Shown: piece after piece, positions 8,567 through 17,588 of the stretch
Position numbering within the stretch: the stretch's first letter is position 1
Layout of the letters: the number at the start of each line of letters is the position of its first letter
Source of the DNA: Pseudomonas aeruginosa
GTDB lineage: Bacteria; Pseudomonadota; Gammaproteobacteria; Pseudomonadales; Pseudomonadaceae
Length of the DNA stretch: 32,000 nucleotides
Direction: 5' to 3'
NCBI RefSeq assembly: GCF_001457615.1
Contig: NZ_LN831024.1
Location: 1,770,001-1,802,000, forward strand
The notes under the pieces: model-generated
Seen by the model: only the letters and a program-made list of their open reading frames with translations
What the model was told of the DNA's origin: nothing
Databases searched by the model: none
Position numbers and translations under genes: made by a program

Positions 8567-10747
8567 TCAGGCCTGGTTCAGGCTGCGCAGCGGCGGCGCG
8601 GCGTCGAAGCGGTAGGCGCGGAGGAACTCTTCCAGGGCCGCCAGCGGCAGCGGCCGGCTGAACAGGTAGCCCTGTACCAGCTCGCAATGGTTCTCCCGCA
8701 GGAACGCCAGTTGCTGCGGGGTCTCCACGCCCTCGGCGACGACTTTCAGATGGAGCTTCTGGGCCATCGCGATGATCGCCTGGGCGATTTCCATGTCCCG
8801 CTGCGAGGCGGGGATGTCCATGATGAACGAGCGATCCACCTTCAGCGCGTCCAGCGGCAGGCGCCGCAGGTAGGCGAGCGACGAATAGCCGGTGCCGAAG
8901 TCGTCGATCGACAGGCTGACGCCCAGCTCGCGGAGGCGTTCGAGCAGCGGGATGGTCTGGTCGATGTTGTACATCAGCGCGTCCTCGGTCACCTCCAGTT
9001 CGAGGAAGCACGCCGCCAGCCCGGCCTGCTCCAGCGCATGACGGACTTCGTCGACCAGGCTGGCCCGGCCGAGATTGCTGGCGCAGCAGTTGACCGCCAC
9101 CCGCAGCCGTTCGTGGCCGGCCAGGTGCAGGCTGCGCAGGTCGCGGCAGGCGCGTCGCAGCACCCAGTCGTCGAGCTGGTCGATCATGCCGTTGGCTTCG
9201 GCCAGGCCGATGAAGCGGTCCGGACCGAGCAGGCCCTGGGTCGGATGGCGCCAGCGCACCAATGCCTCCAACTGGTGTACCTCGCCGTCGGCGAGGGCGA
9301 GGATCGGCTGGTAGTGCAGCTCCAGTTGGTCGTCGCGCAGGGCCTGGCGCAGTTCCTCCTCCATCTGCAGTTCCTGGGTCGCCCGCACCAGCAGTTGCCG
9401 GCTGAAGAACTGCGCGTTGTTGCGCCCGCAGGCCTTGGACTGGTGCAGGGCCAGGCCGGCGTTCTTCAGCAACTCCTCGCACTGCTCGCCGTCGTTCGGG
9501 TAGAGGCTGACGCCGACGCTGGCGGTCATCACCAGGGTGCGCCCGTCCAGGGCGATGGGTTCCTTCATCTTCTGCATCAGGCGTTGCGAGAGGATGTGCG
9601 CCTCGTGGTCCTGGGTGAGGTCGGCGAGCACGCAGAACTCGTCGCCGGCGAAGCGCGCCACCACGTCGCTATCGCGCAACACGCTGCGGATGCGTTCGGA
9701 GACGATCTTCAGCAGTTGGTCGCCAGAGTCGTGGCCGAGGGAATCGTTGATCCGCTTGAAGTGATCGAGGTCGAGGAACATCACCGCCAGGCCCTTGCCT
9801 CTCAGGCGACAATTCTCCAGGTGCTGGACGAACACTTCGTTGAATGCCGTGCGGTTCTGCAGGCCGGTCAGGCTGTCGTAGCGAGCCATCTGGCGCAGCG
9901 AGGCGTGGGCGTGGTCGAGCTGGTTGAGCAGGGCGTTGACCCGGCTGTTTTCGCTGAGCCGGCGCTCCCGTTGTTTCTCCGACCATGCGGCCCAGATGCC
10001 GCAGGCGGCGATGGCGCTGGCGAGCACTCCGGTGAGCCAGCCCAGGCGCAGCGAGTCGGCGCTGGCTTGCAGTTCCAGCGGCGTGCCGGCGGGTACGCTG
10101 AGCACCAGCGCGGCCATCCCGGTGAAATGCATGGCGGCGATGGCGCCGGCCAGCAGCAGGCTGGCGATCAGTTTCATGTAGCGGTAGCGCGCGCTGCGCC
10201 GGCCGCGCAGGTAGGGGACCGCGGCGAGGGCGGTGAAGGCGGCGCCGATGGCGATCAGTACCGAAAGGGCGAACAGCGATGGCTGGTAGTACTGGGTGGC
10301 CACCGAGCGCATCGCCGCCATCCCGGTGTAGTGCATGGCAGCGATGCCCAGGCCGATGCAGCAGGCGGCGAGCAGGCAGGGCAGCACGCCGAAGCGCGGG
10401 CGGGCGGTCATGTACATCGCCAGGTACGAGGCGGCGACGGCGATCAGCAGCGACAGGCCGGTGATCGGCAGGTCGTAGCGCAGGGCGATCGGCGCGTGGA
10501 ACGCGAGCATGGCGACGAAATGCGTGGCCCAGATGCCGCTGCCCAGGCAGAACGCCCCGATCCATTGCCAGAGGCGCGGGTGGCTCAGGCTGTTGCCGAC
10601 CCGCTCGACCATGTCCAGTGCCGTGTACCCGGCGAGGCAGGCGACGAGGAAGGCGAGCGCCACCAGCGATGGCGAATAGGTGCAGTTCTGCAGCACGTAG
10701 CCGTCGACGGGAGACTCTCCGAGGAAGCGCAGGCCTTGCCAATCCAT
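8567..10747 (-). CDS. nbdA: membrane c-di-GMP phosphodiesterase NbdA (MHYT - degenerate GGDEF - EAL)
   Basis: ATG at 10747 follows a GGGAGA Shine-Dalgarno; the track ORF runs to 10918. The N-terminal polytopic domain has repeated MHYT-type motifs (ATHFVAM, AMHYTGM, AMHFTGM). The GGDEF domain has a degenerate AGDEF signature (RFAGDEFCV). The EAL domain carries QLEALVRW, DDFGTGYSSL and EGVET. The product is 726 aa. Confidence 0.9.
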   Translation of the reverse strand: MDWQGLRFLGESPVDGYVLQNCTYSPSLVALAFLVACLAGYTALDMVERVGNSLSHPRLWQWIGAFCLGSGIWATHFVAMLAFHAPIALRYDLPITGLSLLIAVAASYLAMYMTARPRFGVLPCLLAACCIGLGIAAMHYTGMAAMRSVATQYYQPSLFALSVLIAIGAAFTALAAVPYLRGRRSARYRYMKLIASLLLAGAIAAMHFTGMAALVLSVPAGTPLELQASADSLRLGWLTGVLASAIAACGIWAAWSEKQRERRLSENSRVNALLNQLDHAHASLRQMARYDSLTGLQNRTAFNEVFVQHLENCRLRGKGLAVMFLDLDHFKRINDSLGHDSGDQLLKIVSERIRSVLRDSDVVARFAGDEFCVLADLTQDHEAHILSQRLMQKMKEPIALDGRTLVMTASVGVSLYPNDGEQCEELLKNAGLALHQSKACGRNNAQFFSRQLLVRATQELQMEEELRQALRDDQLELHYQPILALADGEVHQLEALVRWRHPTQGLLGPDRFIGLAEANGMIDQLDDWVLRRACRDLRSLHLAGHERLRVAVNCCASNLGRASLVDEVRHALEQAGLAACFLELEVTEDALMYNIDQTIPLLERLRELGVSLSIDDFGTGYSSLAYLRRLPLDALKVDRSFIMDIPASQRDMEIAQAIIAMAQKLHLKVVAEGVETPQQLAFLRENHCELVQGYLFSRPLPLAALEEFLRAYRFDAAPPLRSLNQA

Positions 10748-11001
10748 AGCGGTGTCTCCCTGGACACGGAAAACCCGCGGACGGCGCGGGTGCGGGCTGG
10801 GGGTGGCATTGTGCTTCCAGTATAGATAGCGGGAGCCACCTGCAAGGTCGGCATGGAAGGAAGTCGCTGGCCGCCGACATACGGCCGGTTTCGGCATTTT
10901 CCCGGGGAGAAAAGGCATAGCTGAGCTTGTTCCGGCTCCATCGCCACGGGCATGATCGCTGCGCCCGCGAGGGCTCGCGAGGCTTCACGAAATTTTGACC
11001 A

Positions 11002-11025
11002 GGCGCCCGATAGAGTTCGGGCGCC
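11002..11025 (+). promoter_or_regulatory. perfect 9-bp inverted repeat upstream of the phosphoethanolamine transferase gene
   Basis: GGCGCCCGA (11002-11010), a 6-nt spacer TAGAGT, then TCGGGCGCC (11017-11025). It lies about 50 nt upstream of the ATG at 11074 and no U tract follows. It could be an operator or a 5'-UTR stem-loop. Confidence 0.3.
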
Positions 11026-11073
11026 CCGCCACGGGGGGTGGCGGCGGTCCGTTACGTTTCAGGAGTTGCTTCA

Positions 11074-12729
11074 ATGGGTGGGGGTATCAAGCGTTTCTTG
11101 CCGGCTATCGGTTCGACCCGGCTGGTGATGCTGTTCGCGCTGGTTCTGGTGGTGTTCTACAACGCGGCGACCTGGAAGGCCCTGCATGGCCTGGTGCCGC
11201 TGCAAGGCTTGAAGGGCTTCGCGTTCTTCGCTTCGTTCGCGGCGTTCCTGTGGGCCGCCTTCACGCTCCTGCTGACCCTGGTTTCCTTCCGCCCGCTGCT
11301 CAAGCCGGCCTTGACCCTGGTCGCCCTGTGCTCGGCCGGCGCGACCTACTTCATGGGTAGCTACGGCATCAGCATCGACACGGTGATGGTGCAGAACGTC
11401 TTCGAGACCAACGCCACCGAGGCCGGCGACCTGGTCAACCCGACCCTGCTCGGCTACCTGCTGCTGCTCGGTGTCCTGCCTTCGCTGCTGATCTGGCTCT
11501 GGCCGGTACGCTACCGGCCGTTCTTCCGCGGCCTGCTGAACAAGATCCTGACGCTGCTCGGCTGCCTGCTGATCGTCGCGGTAATGGTAGGCAGCTTCTA
11601 TTCCACCTACGCGCCGATCTTCCGCGAGGAAGACAAGCTGACCCACTTCATCAACCCGACCAACTACATCTACGCGGTGGGCAAGTACGCCAAGCAGCGC
11701 CTGGTGATCAAGGAGCACCTGGTGGTCGAGCCGATCGGCCTGGACGCCCGCCAGGCGCCGGCTGCGCTGCAGCGACAGAAGAAATCGCTGCTGGTGTTCG
11801 TGGTCGGCGAGACCGCCCGTGCCGACCATTTCTCGCTGAACGGCTACGCCCGCGAGACCAACCCGGAGCTGAGCAAGCAGGACATCGTCAACTTCACCCA
11901 GGTCCGTTCCTGCGGCACTTCCACCGCGGTCTCGGTGCCCTGCATGTTCTCCCAGTACCCGCGCGAGGACTACAGCGACAAGAAGGCCAAGACCCACGAA
12001 GGCCTGCTGGACATTCTCCAGCGTGCCGGCGTGCAGGTGTTGTGGCTGGAGAACAACAGCGACTGCAAGGGCACCTGCCTGCGGGTGCCCAACCGGGACA
12101 TCCCGAAGACCCAGCCGAGTCCGTTCTGCGACGGCAAGAACTGCCTGGACGAGTCGCTGCTGGTAGGCCTGCAGGAGTACATCGACGGGTTGCAGGACGA
12201 CGCCATCATCGTCCTGCACTCCGATGGCAGCCACGGTCCCGAGTACTACGAGCGCTACCCGAAGGAGATGGAACGCTTCCAGCCGGTATGCCGGACCAAC
12301 CAGCTCGGCAGTTGCAGCAAGGAAGAGCTGGTGAACGTCTACGACAACACCATCCTCTATACCGACCACTTCCTGACGAAGGTGATCGAATTGCTCAAGC
12401 GGAATGCCGACAAGCGCGATACGGCGATGATCTACGTGTCCGACCACGGCGAGTCGCTGGGCGAGAATGGCGTCTACCTGCACGCGGCGCCCTATTCGAT
12501 CGCGCCCCAGGCGCAGATCCACGTGCCGATGGTCATGTGGTTCGCCCCGCAGGCGCTGGGCAACTGGGGCATCCAGCGCAGTTGCCTGGACGGCAAGCGC
12601 GACGACAAGGACCTGAGCCACGACAACCTGTTCCACTCGGTGCTCGGCCTGCTGGACGTACAGACTTCGCTGTACCAGCCGGCGCTGGACATCTTCGCCA
12701 GTTGCCGCGCGCCCAGGGCAGCCCAGTGA
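11074..12729 (+). CDS. phosphoethanolamine transferase, EptA/MCR family (membrane-anchored sulfatase-fold enzyme)
   Basis: ATG at 11074 follows an AGGAG 8 nt upstream. About 5 N-terminal TM helices precede the catalytic domain. That domain carries GETARADHFSLNGY, the nucleophile-Thr motif CGTSTAVSVPCMFS, HGPEYYERYP, YDNTILYTDHF and SDHGESLGENGVYLH. The product is 551 aa. Confidence 0.88.
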   Translation: MGGGIKRFLPAIGSTRLVMLFALVLVVFYNAATWKALHGLVPLQGLKGFAFFASFAAFLWAAFTLLLTLVSFRPLLKPALTLVALCSAGATYFMGSYGISIDTVMVQNVFETNATEAGDLVNPTLLGYLLLLGVLPSLLIWLWPVRYRPFFRGLLNKILTLLGCLLIVAVMVGSFYSTYAPIFREEDKLTHFINPTNYIYAVGKYAKQRLVIKEHLVVEPIGLDARQAPAALQRQKKSLLVFVVGETARADHFSLNGYARETNPELSKQDIVNFTQVRSCGTSTAVSVPCMFSQYPREDYSDKKAKTHEGLLDILQRAGVQVLWLENNSDCKGTCLRVPNRDIPKTQPSPFCDGKNCLDESLLVGLQEYIDGLQDDAIIVLHSDGSHGPEYYERYPKEMERFQPVCRTNQLGSCSKEELVNVYDNTILYTDHFLTKVIELLKRNADKRDTAMIYVSDHGESLGENGVYLHAAPYSIAPQAQIHVPMVMWFAPQALGNWGIQRSCLDGKRDDKDLSHDNLFHSVLGLLDVQTSLYQPALDIFASCRAPRAAQ

Positions 12730-12744
12730 GCGACGGGGGCTGAA

Positions 12745-12784
12745 AGAAAAAAGGCCGTGGAGGATTCCCCCCACGGCCTTTTTC
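12745..12784. terminator. bidirectional rho-independent terminator between the convergent ept-like gene and uspK
   Basis: The sequence reads AAAAAAGGCCGTGG-(loop)-CCACGGCCTTTTT. The 8-bp GC stem (12753-12760 / 12771-12778) is flanked by an A run on one side and a T run on the other. Confidence 0.8.
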
Positions 12785-12797
12785 GTCGGCTTTCGCC

Positions 12798-13253
12798 TTA
12801 TTTGTCGCGGACCAGCAGGACCGGACGCGAAGCCACGCGGATCAGGCCTTCCGCCACGCTGCCGAGCATCAGGCGGCGCATGCCGCGACGACCATGGGTG
12901 CCCATGACCACCACGTCGGCATCGCTGGCCTGGGCCTCGAGCTCGATGCGCTCGGCGATTTCCTCGCTGGCGCGCTCCTGGCAGACGCGATCGAAGGTGG
13001 CGCCTTCGACGTTGCTCGCCTCGACCTTCTCGCGGGCCTTGGCCAGGACGTCATCGGCGGCTTTCAGCGCGGCTTCGCGCAGCGGCTCGGGGTTGTAGTA
13101 CACCGCGTAGTCGGGAAGGTGGCGCAGCGGGCTGTCGACGATGGTGATGACGCGCAGCTTGCCGCCGCTGAGGCCGGCCAGCTTGATGGCCTCTTCCAGG
13201 GCGCGGTCGGAGACCGGGCTGCCGTCCACGGCTACCAGAATGCGATCGTACAT
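12798..13253 (-). CDS. uspK: universal stress protein (UspA family), UspK
   Basis: ATG at 13253 follows a GGAGGG Shine-Dalgarno; the track ORF extends to 13490 without support. The 151-aa product begins MYDRILVAVDGS and carries the ATP-binding motif GTHGRRGMRRLMLGSVA. Confidence 0.88.
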   Translation of the reverse strand: MYDRILVAVDGSPVSDRALEEAIKLAGLSGGKLRVITIVDSPLRHLPDYAVYYNPEPLREAALKAADDVLAKAREKVEASNVEGATFDRVCQERASEEIAERIELEAQASDADVVVMGTHGRRGMRRLMLGSVAEGLIRVASRPVLLVRDK

Positions 13254-13338
13254 AAGGTGTCCCTCCAGAGTGAGTGTCCGCCCGCCGGGCGTTCTTGAAA
13301 CTTCAAGGACACTGTAGACCCTCGCGGCCGGCGGACCT

Positions 13339-13352
13339 TTGCCGGAGGTCAA
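13339..13352 (-). promoter_or_regulatory. candidate Anr (FNR-type) box of the uspK promoter
   Basis: The minus strand reads TTGACCTCCGGCAA (TTG-N8-CAA core; consensus TTGAT-N4-ATCAA). Exactly 22 nt downstream is TACAGT, a plausible -10, which places the box at about -41.5. Confidence 0.5.
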
Positions 13353-13467
13353 TAAGTCGCAGGGCGACCGTCGCGATTCCGCTGCGACGCCTGGCTCGCG
13401 GCCCGGCGGGGGCCGGGGAACGGGGCGAACGGTCGCCGCGCGGCCATTCGCCGTTGCGGCCTTCGCT

Positions 13468-13510
13468 GGAAATGAAATGAAAGAAGCCATGGGGGATGCC
13501 CATGGCTTCT
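13468..13510 (-). terminator. rho-independent terminator of rapA
   Basis: A perfect 12-bp stem (13482-13493 / 13499-13510, AGAAGCCATGGG / CCCATGGCTTCT) closes a 5-nt loop. On the minus strand it is followed by TTTCATTTCATTTCC. It begins 26 nt after the rapA stop. Confidence 0.75.
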
Positions 13511-13535
13511 CGTTTCGCGCAGCCGTTGCCGGGCG

Positions 13536-16382
13536 TCAGCCGGCGACCAGGATGCGGATCGCCTCGAGGCGCAGGGAGGCCTTGTCGAGCAGGGCCAGGC
13601 CTTCCTCGCGCTGGGTGCGCAGGCTGTCCAGCTCGCTGTCGCGGACGCTCGGGTTGACCGCCTTGAGCGCGGTCAGGCGCGCCAGTTCCTCGTCCATGGC
13701 GGCGGCGAACTGCTGCTTGGCCCTGGCCACGCGTTCCTCGTGGCGCGGGACGATCTTGCCCTCGGCCACGTCGAACTGCTTGGCCAGCACATCGCGCTGG
13801 GCCTGGACGAACTTGTTGGCGCTGACCCGTGGCACGCTTTCCAGCTGGTCGTTGAGGGTTTCCAGGGACACCCGGCCGGCCAGGTCGTTGCCGTTGGCGT
13901 CGAGCAGGCAGCGCAGGGCCTGCGGCGGCAGCCAGCGGCCGAGCTGGAGGGCGCGCGGTGCCACGGCTTCGCTGACGAACAGGAGTTCGAGCAGCACGGT
14001 GCCGGGCTTCAGCGCCTTGTTCTTGATCAGCGCCACCGAGGTGTTGCCCATCGAGCCGGACAGCACCAGGTCCATGCCGCCCTGAACCATCGGATGTTCC
14101 CAGGTGAGGAACTGCATGTCCTCGCGGGCCAGCGCCTGGGCACGGTCGTAGGTGATGGTCACGCCTTCGTCGTCGCCGAGGGGGAAGCCGGCGTCGAGCA
14201 TCTTCTCGCTTGGCTTGAGGATCAGGGCATTTTCCGAATGGTCTTCGCTGTGGATGCCGTAGGCGTCGAACAGGCGCTCCATGTAGATCGGCAGGGCGAA
14301 GTCGTCGTCCTGTTCCTCGATGGCCTCCACCAGCGCCTCGCCTTCGCCGGCGCCGCCGGAGTTCAGCTCGAGCAGGCGGTCGCGACCGCTGTGCAGCTCC
14401 GCTTCGAGGGCTTCGCGACGGGCGCGGCCTTCGGCGAGCAGCGCGTCCCAGGCCTTGTCCTCGCCGCCGTCGAGCAGCGGCAGCAGGCGCGGGCCGAACT
14501 CGTGTTGCAGGGCGTTGCCGGTGGGGCAGGTATTGAGGAAGGCGTTCAGCGCCTGGTGATACCACTGGAACAGGCGCTGCTGGGCGCTGTTCTCCAGGTG
14601 CGGTACGTGCAACTGGATGGTGTGTCGCTGGCCGATCCGGTCGAGGCGGCCGATGCGCTGCTCGAGCAGGTCCGGGTGGGCCGGCAGGTCGAACAGCACC
14701 AGATGGTGGGCGAACTGGAAGTTGCGGCCTTCGCTGCCGATTTCCGAGCAGATCAGCACCTGGGCGCCGAACTCTTCGTCGGCGAAGTAGGCGGCGGCGC
14801 GGTCGCGCTCGAGAATGCTCATGCCTTCGTGGAACACCGTGGCGGAGATGCCCGAACGCAGGCGCAGGGCGTCTTCCAGGTCGAGGGCCGTCTCGGCGTG
14901 GGCACAGATGACCAGGACCTTGAACTGCTTGAGCATCTTCAGGGTATCGATCAGCCACTCGACGCGCGGGTCGAAGCGCCACCAGCGGTTGTTGTCGTCG
15001 CCGTCTTCCCACTGCTGCTGGAAATTCACTTCCGGATACAGGTCCGGGTGTTCGCCGGCCGGCAATTCCTCGTACTGGCTCGGCATCGGCAACGGATAGG
15101 CGTGCAGTTCGCGCTGGGGGAAGCCCTGCACGGCGGCACGGGTGTTGCGGAACAGCACGCGACCGGTGCCGTGGCGGTCGAGCAGCTCGCGGACCAGGCG
15201 CGAGCGAGCTTCTTCATCGCCACCCTCGACGCTGGCCAGCAGCTCGTCGCCCTCGCTGCCGAGGAAGCCGTGGATGGCCTTGCGCGCGCCGGCGGAAAGA
15301 CTGCCGTGGTCGAGCAGTTCCTGCACCGCTTCGGCGACCGGACGATATTGCTCGCTCTCCCGGCGGAACGCTTCGAGGTCGTGGAAACGATTCGGATCGA
15401 GCAGGCGCAGGCGCGCGAAGTGGCTGTCCTGGCCGAGTTGCTCCGGGGTCGCGGTGAGCAACAGGACGCCGGGAATGATCTCCGCCAGTTGCTCGACCAG
15501 CGCGTATTCGGCGCTGACCTGGTCCTGGTGCCAGACCAAGTGGTGGGCTTCGTCGACCACCAGCAGGTCCCAGCCGGCGGCGAACAGGGCGTCCTGGGCG
15601 CGTTCGTCTTCCTTCAGCCACTCCAGGGCGACCAGGGCCAACTGGGTGTCCTCGAAGGGATTGCTGGCATCGCTTTCGGCGAAGCGCTCCTTGTCGAACA
15701 GGGCCACCTGCAGGTTGAAGCGCCGGCGCATCTCCACCAGCCACTGGTGCTGGAGGTTTTCCGGGACCAGGATCAGCACCCGCCCGGCGCGGCCGGAGAG
15801 CAACTGGCGATGGATGATCAGGCCGGCCTCGATGGTCTTGCCCAGGCCCACTTCGTCGGCCAGCAGGACGCGCGGCGCCATGCGGTCGGCGACTTCGCGG
15901 GCGATGTGCAACTGGTGGGCGATCGGCTGGGCGCGGGCGCCGCCGAGGCCCCAGAGCGAGGACTGGAGCAGTTGGCTGCGGCGTTCGAGAGTGTGGTAGC
16001 GCAGGGAGAACCAGGGCAGGGGATCGATCTGTCCGGCGAACAGACGGTCGCTGGCGAGGCGGAACTGGATGAAGTTGGAGAGCTGGGTTTCCGGCAGGGT
16101 GCGCTGCTCGTTCTGCGCGGTGAGGCCGTGGTACACCAATAGGCCCTCGCTTTCCTCGACCTCGCGAACGGTCATCTTCCAGCCTTCGAAGTGCGTCACT
16201 TCATCGCCGGGGGCGAAGCGCACGCGGGTCAGCGGCGCATTGCGCAAGGCGTATTGGCGGGTATCGCCGGTCGCCGGATAGAGCACGGTGAGCAGGCGGC
16301 CATCCTGGGCCAGGATGGTCCCCAGGCCCAATTCCGCTTCACTGTCGCTGATCCAGCGTTGCCCCGGTTGATACTGCGCCAT
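13536..16382 (-). CDS. rapA: RNA polymerase-associated SNF2-family ATPase RapA (HepA)
   Basis: ATG at 16382 follows a GGGAGG Shine-Dalgarno. The N-terminus [23 protein letters not shown] is characteristic of RapA. Helicase motifs [18 protein letters not shown] and [11 protein letters not shown] are present. The product is 948 aa. Confidence 0.93.
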
Positions 16383-16623
16383 GTCCACCTCCCAAAAAAG
16401 CCGGGTATGGTACCGCAACGCGTGGCGTTGAGCGACGCTTGGCGATGGATTGCGTGTTGCGCCACGGCTTCGTCGGAGAGCCGTCCGTCGGTACGGGAGC
16501 GACCGCCTGGCGGCTGGTTCTCAAGTCGAGCGGCGGGTCGACCGATAACCCTTGTAGAAGAACGCCGCAAACCGGCACGCTGCGAGAACCCATGACGCGG
16601 CACTACCCAGAGAGGTTGCCTGC

Positions 16624-16932
16624 ATGCTTCCGCCGATCCCCCAGGGCCTGATCCCGGTCACCGTCCAGCAGGACCCGCCCAAGCCCCGTCCGGCCACGCC
16701 GCCGGTCGCGCCGACCCAGGCTGGCGCGGGCAGCGATGGCGTCGCCTTGCGCCAGGAGCGCGACGAGGAAAGCTGGCTGGAAGAGGAATACCGCCGTCGC
16801 CAGCGCCGCCAGGGCGGCGAGGCGCACGCGCGGAGCGACGAGGGGGACGAGGCGCCGGCTGACGAGGCGGGGGAGAGCGCCCAGGCGGACGAGCTGCCGC
16901 GCAAGGGACAATTGATCGACATCGAAGTGTAA
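16624..16932 (+). CDS. hypothetical Pro-rich / acidic low-complexity protein
   Basis: ATG at 16624 follows a GAGAGG about 9 nt upstream. The 102 codons have very high GC3, whereas the opposite-strand ORFs here are Arg/Pro shadow frames. No recognisable domain is present. Confidence 0.55.
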   Translation: MLPPIPQGLIPVTVQQDPPKPRPATPPVAPTQAGAGSDGVALRQERDEESWLEEEYRRRQRRQGGEAHARSDEGDEAPADEAGESAQADELPRKGQLIDIEV

Positions 16933-16985
16933 CCCTGGTTTTCCAGGCTTCAGCAGCGGCCTTGCGGCGTAGTAACCTGCGGCCC

Positions 16986-17588
16986 ATGGACCTGTTCGCC
17001 GACGCACCCCTGACCCTGCCGGACGCCGACCTGCGCTATCTCCCGCATTGGCTGGATGCGCCGCTGGCGAGCGCCTGGCTGTTGCGCCTGGAACAGGAAA
17101 CGCCCTGGGAACAGCCGATCCTGCGCATCCATGGCGAGGAGCATCCGACCCCGCGCCTGGTGGCCTGGTACGGCGACCCTGACGCCGCCTACCGTTATTC
17201 CGGCCAGGTCCACCGGCCGCTGCCATGGACCGCGTTGCTCGGCGAGATCCGCGAGCGCGTGGAGCGCGAGGTCGGCCAGCGGGTCAACGGCGTGCTGCTG
17301 AACTACTACCGCGACGGCCAGGACTCCATGGGCTGGCACAGCGACGACGAGCCAGAGCTGCGCCGCGATCCGCTGGTCGCCTCGCTCAGTCTCGGCGGCA
17401 GCCGCCGCTTCGACCTGCGGCGCAAGGGCCAGACCCGCATCGCCCACTCTCTGGAACTGACCCATGGCAGCCTGCTGGTCATGCGCGGCGCAACCCAGCA
17501 TCATTGGCAACATCAGGTGGCGAAGACCCGCCGCTCCTGCATGCCCCGTTTGAACCTGACCTTCCGCCTGGTGTACCCCCAGCCATGA
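16986..17588 (+). CDS. alkB: 2-oxoglutarate/Fe(II)-dependent dioxygenase, AlkB family (alkylated nucleic acid repair)
   Basis: The frame is 16962..17588. I prefer the first ATG at 16986 (200 aa), but the TTG at 16962 is possible. Motifs present are the HxD facial triad WHSDDE, the distal His in HHWQHQV, and the C-terminal RLNLTFR (RxNxTxR). Confidence 0.85.
   Translation: MDLFADAPLTLPDADLRYLPHWLDAPLASAWLLRLEQETPWEQPILRIHGEEHPTPRLVAWYGDPDAAYRYSGQVHRPLPWTALLGEIRERVEREVGQRVNGVLLNYYRDGQDSMGWHSDDEPELRRDPLVASLSLGGSRRFDLRRKGQTRIAHSLELTHGSLLVMRGATQHHWQHQVAKTRRSCMPRLNLTFRLVYPQP

Noticed and set aside
8687..10825. 712-aa plus-strand ORF (and the 439-aa and 359-aa off-frame minus ORFs) over nbdA
   Set aside because: These are shadow or off-frame ORFs. 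Only the 8567..10747 minus frame gives MHYT, GGDEF and EAL domain motifs.
11071..12774. 567-aa minus-strand ORF over the ept-like gene
   Set aside because: It is an antisense shadow with no motifs. The plus frame carries the full EptA/MCR signature set.
13295..13306. TTGAAACTTCAA as the uspK Anr box
   Set aside because: Its half-sites are TTGA-N4-TCAA, 2 bp too close for an FNR-type site (TTGA-N6-TCAA). It lies only about 45 nt from the ATG, so it is more likely a small leader hairpin. The box at 13339-13352 has the right spacing to a -10 element.
13303..16142. 569-aa minus off-frame ORF (13303..15012) and 800-aa plus ORF (13740..16142) over rapA
   Set aside because: Both are Arg/Pro/Gly/Ala-rich frames without motifs. 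The rapA frame (13536..16382) has SNF2 helicase motifs and the conserved RapA N-terminus.
16383..16623. Possible structured RNA or small ORF in the rapA / orf102 divergent region (several short imperfect inverted repeats such as CAACGCGTGGCGTTG)
   Set aside because: It contains only short, imperfect stems and no terminator, Shine-Dalgarno/ORF combination or recognisable motif. It is most simply two divergent promoters.
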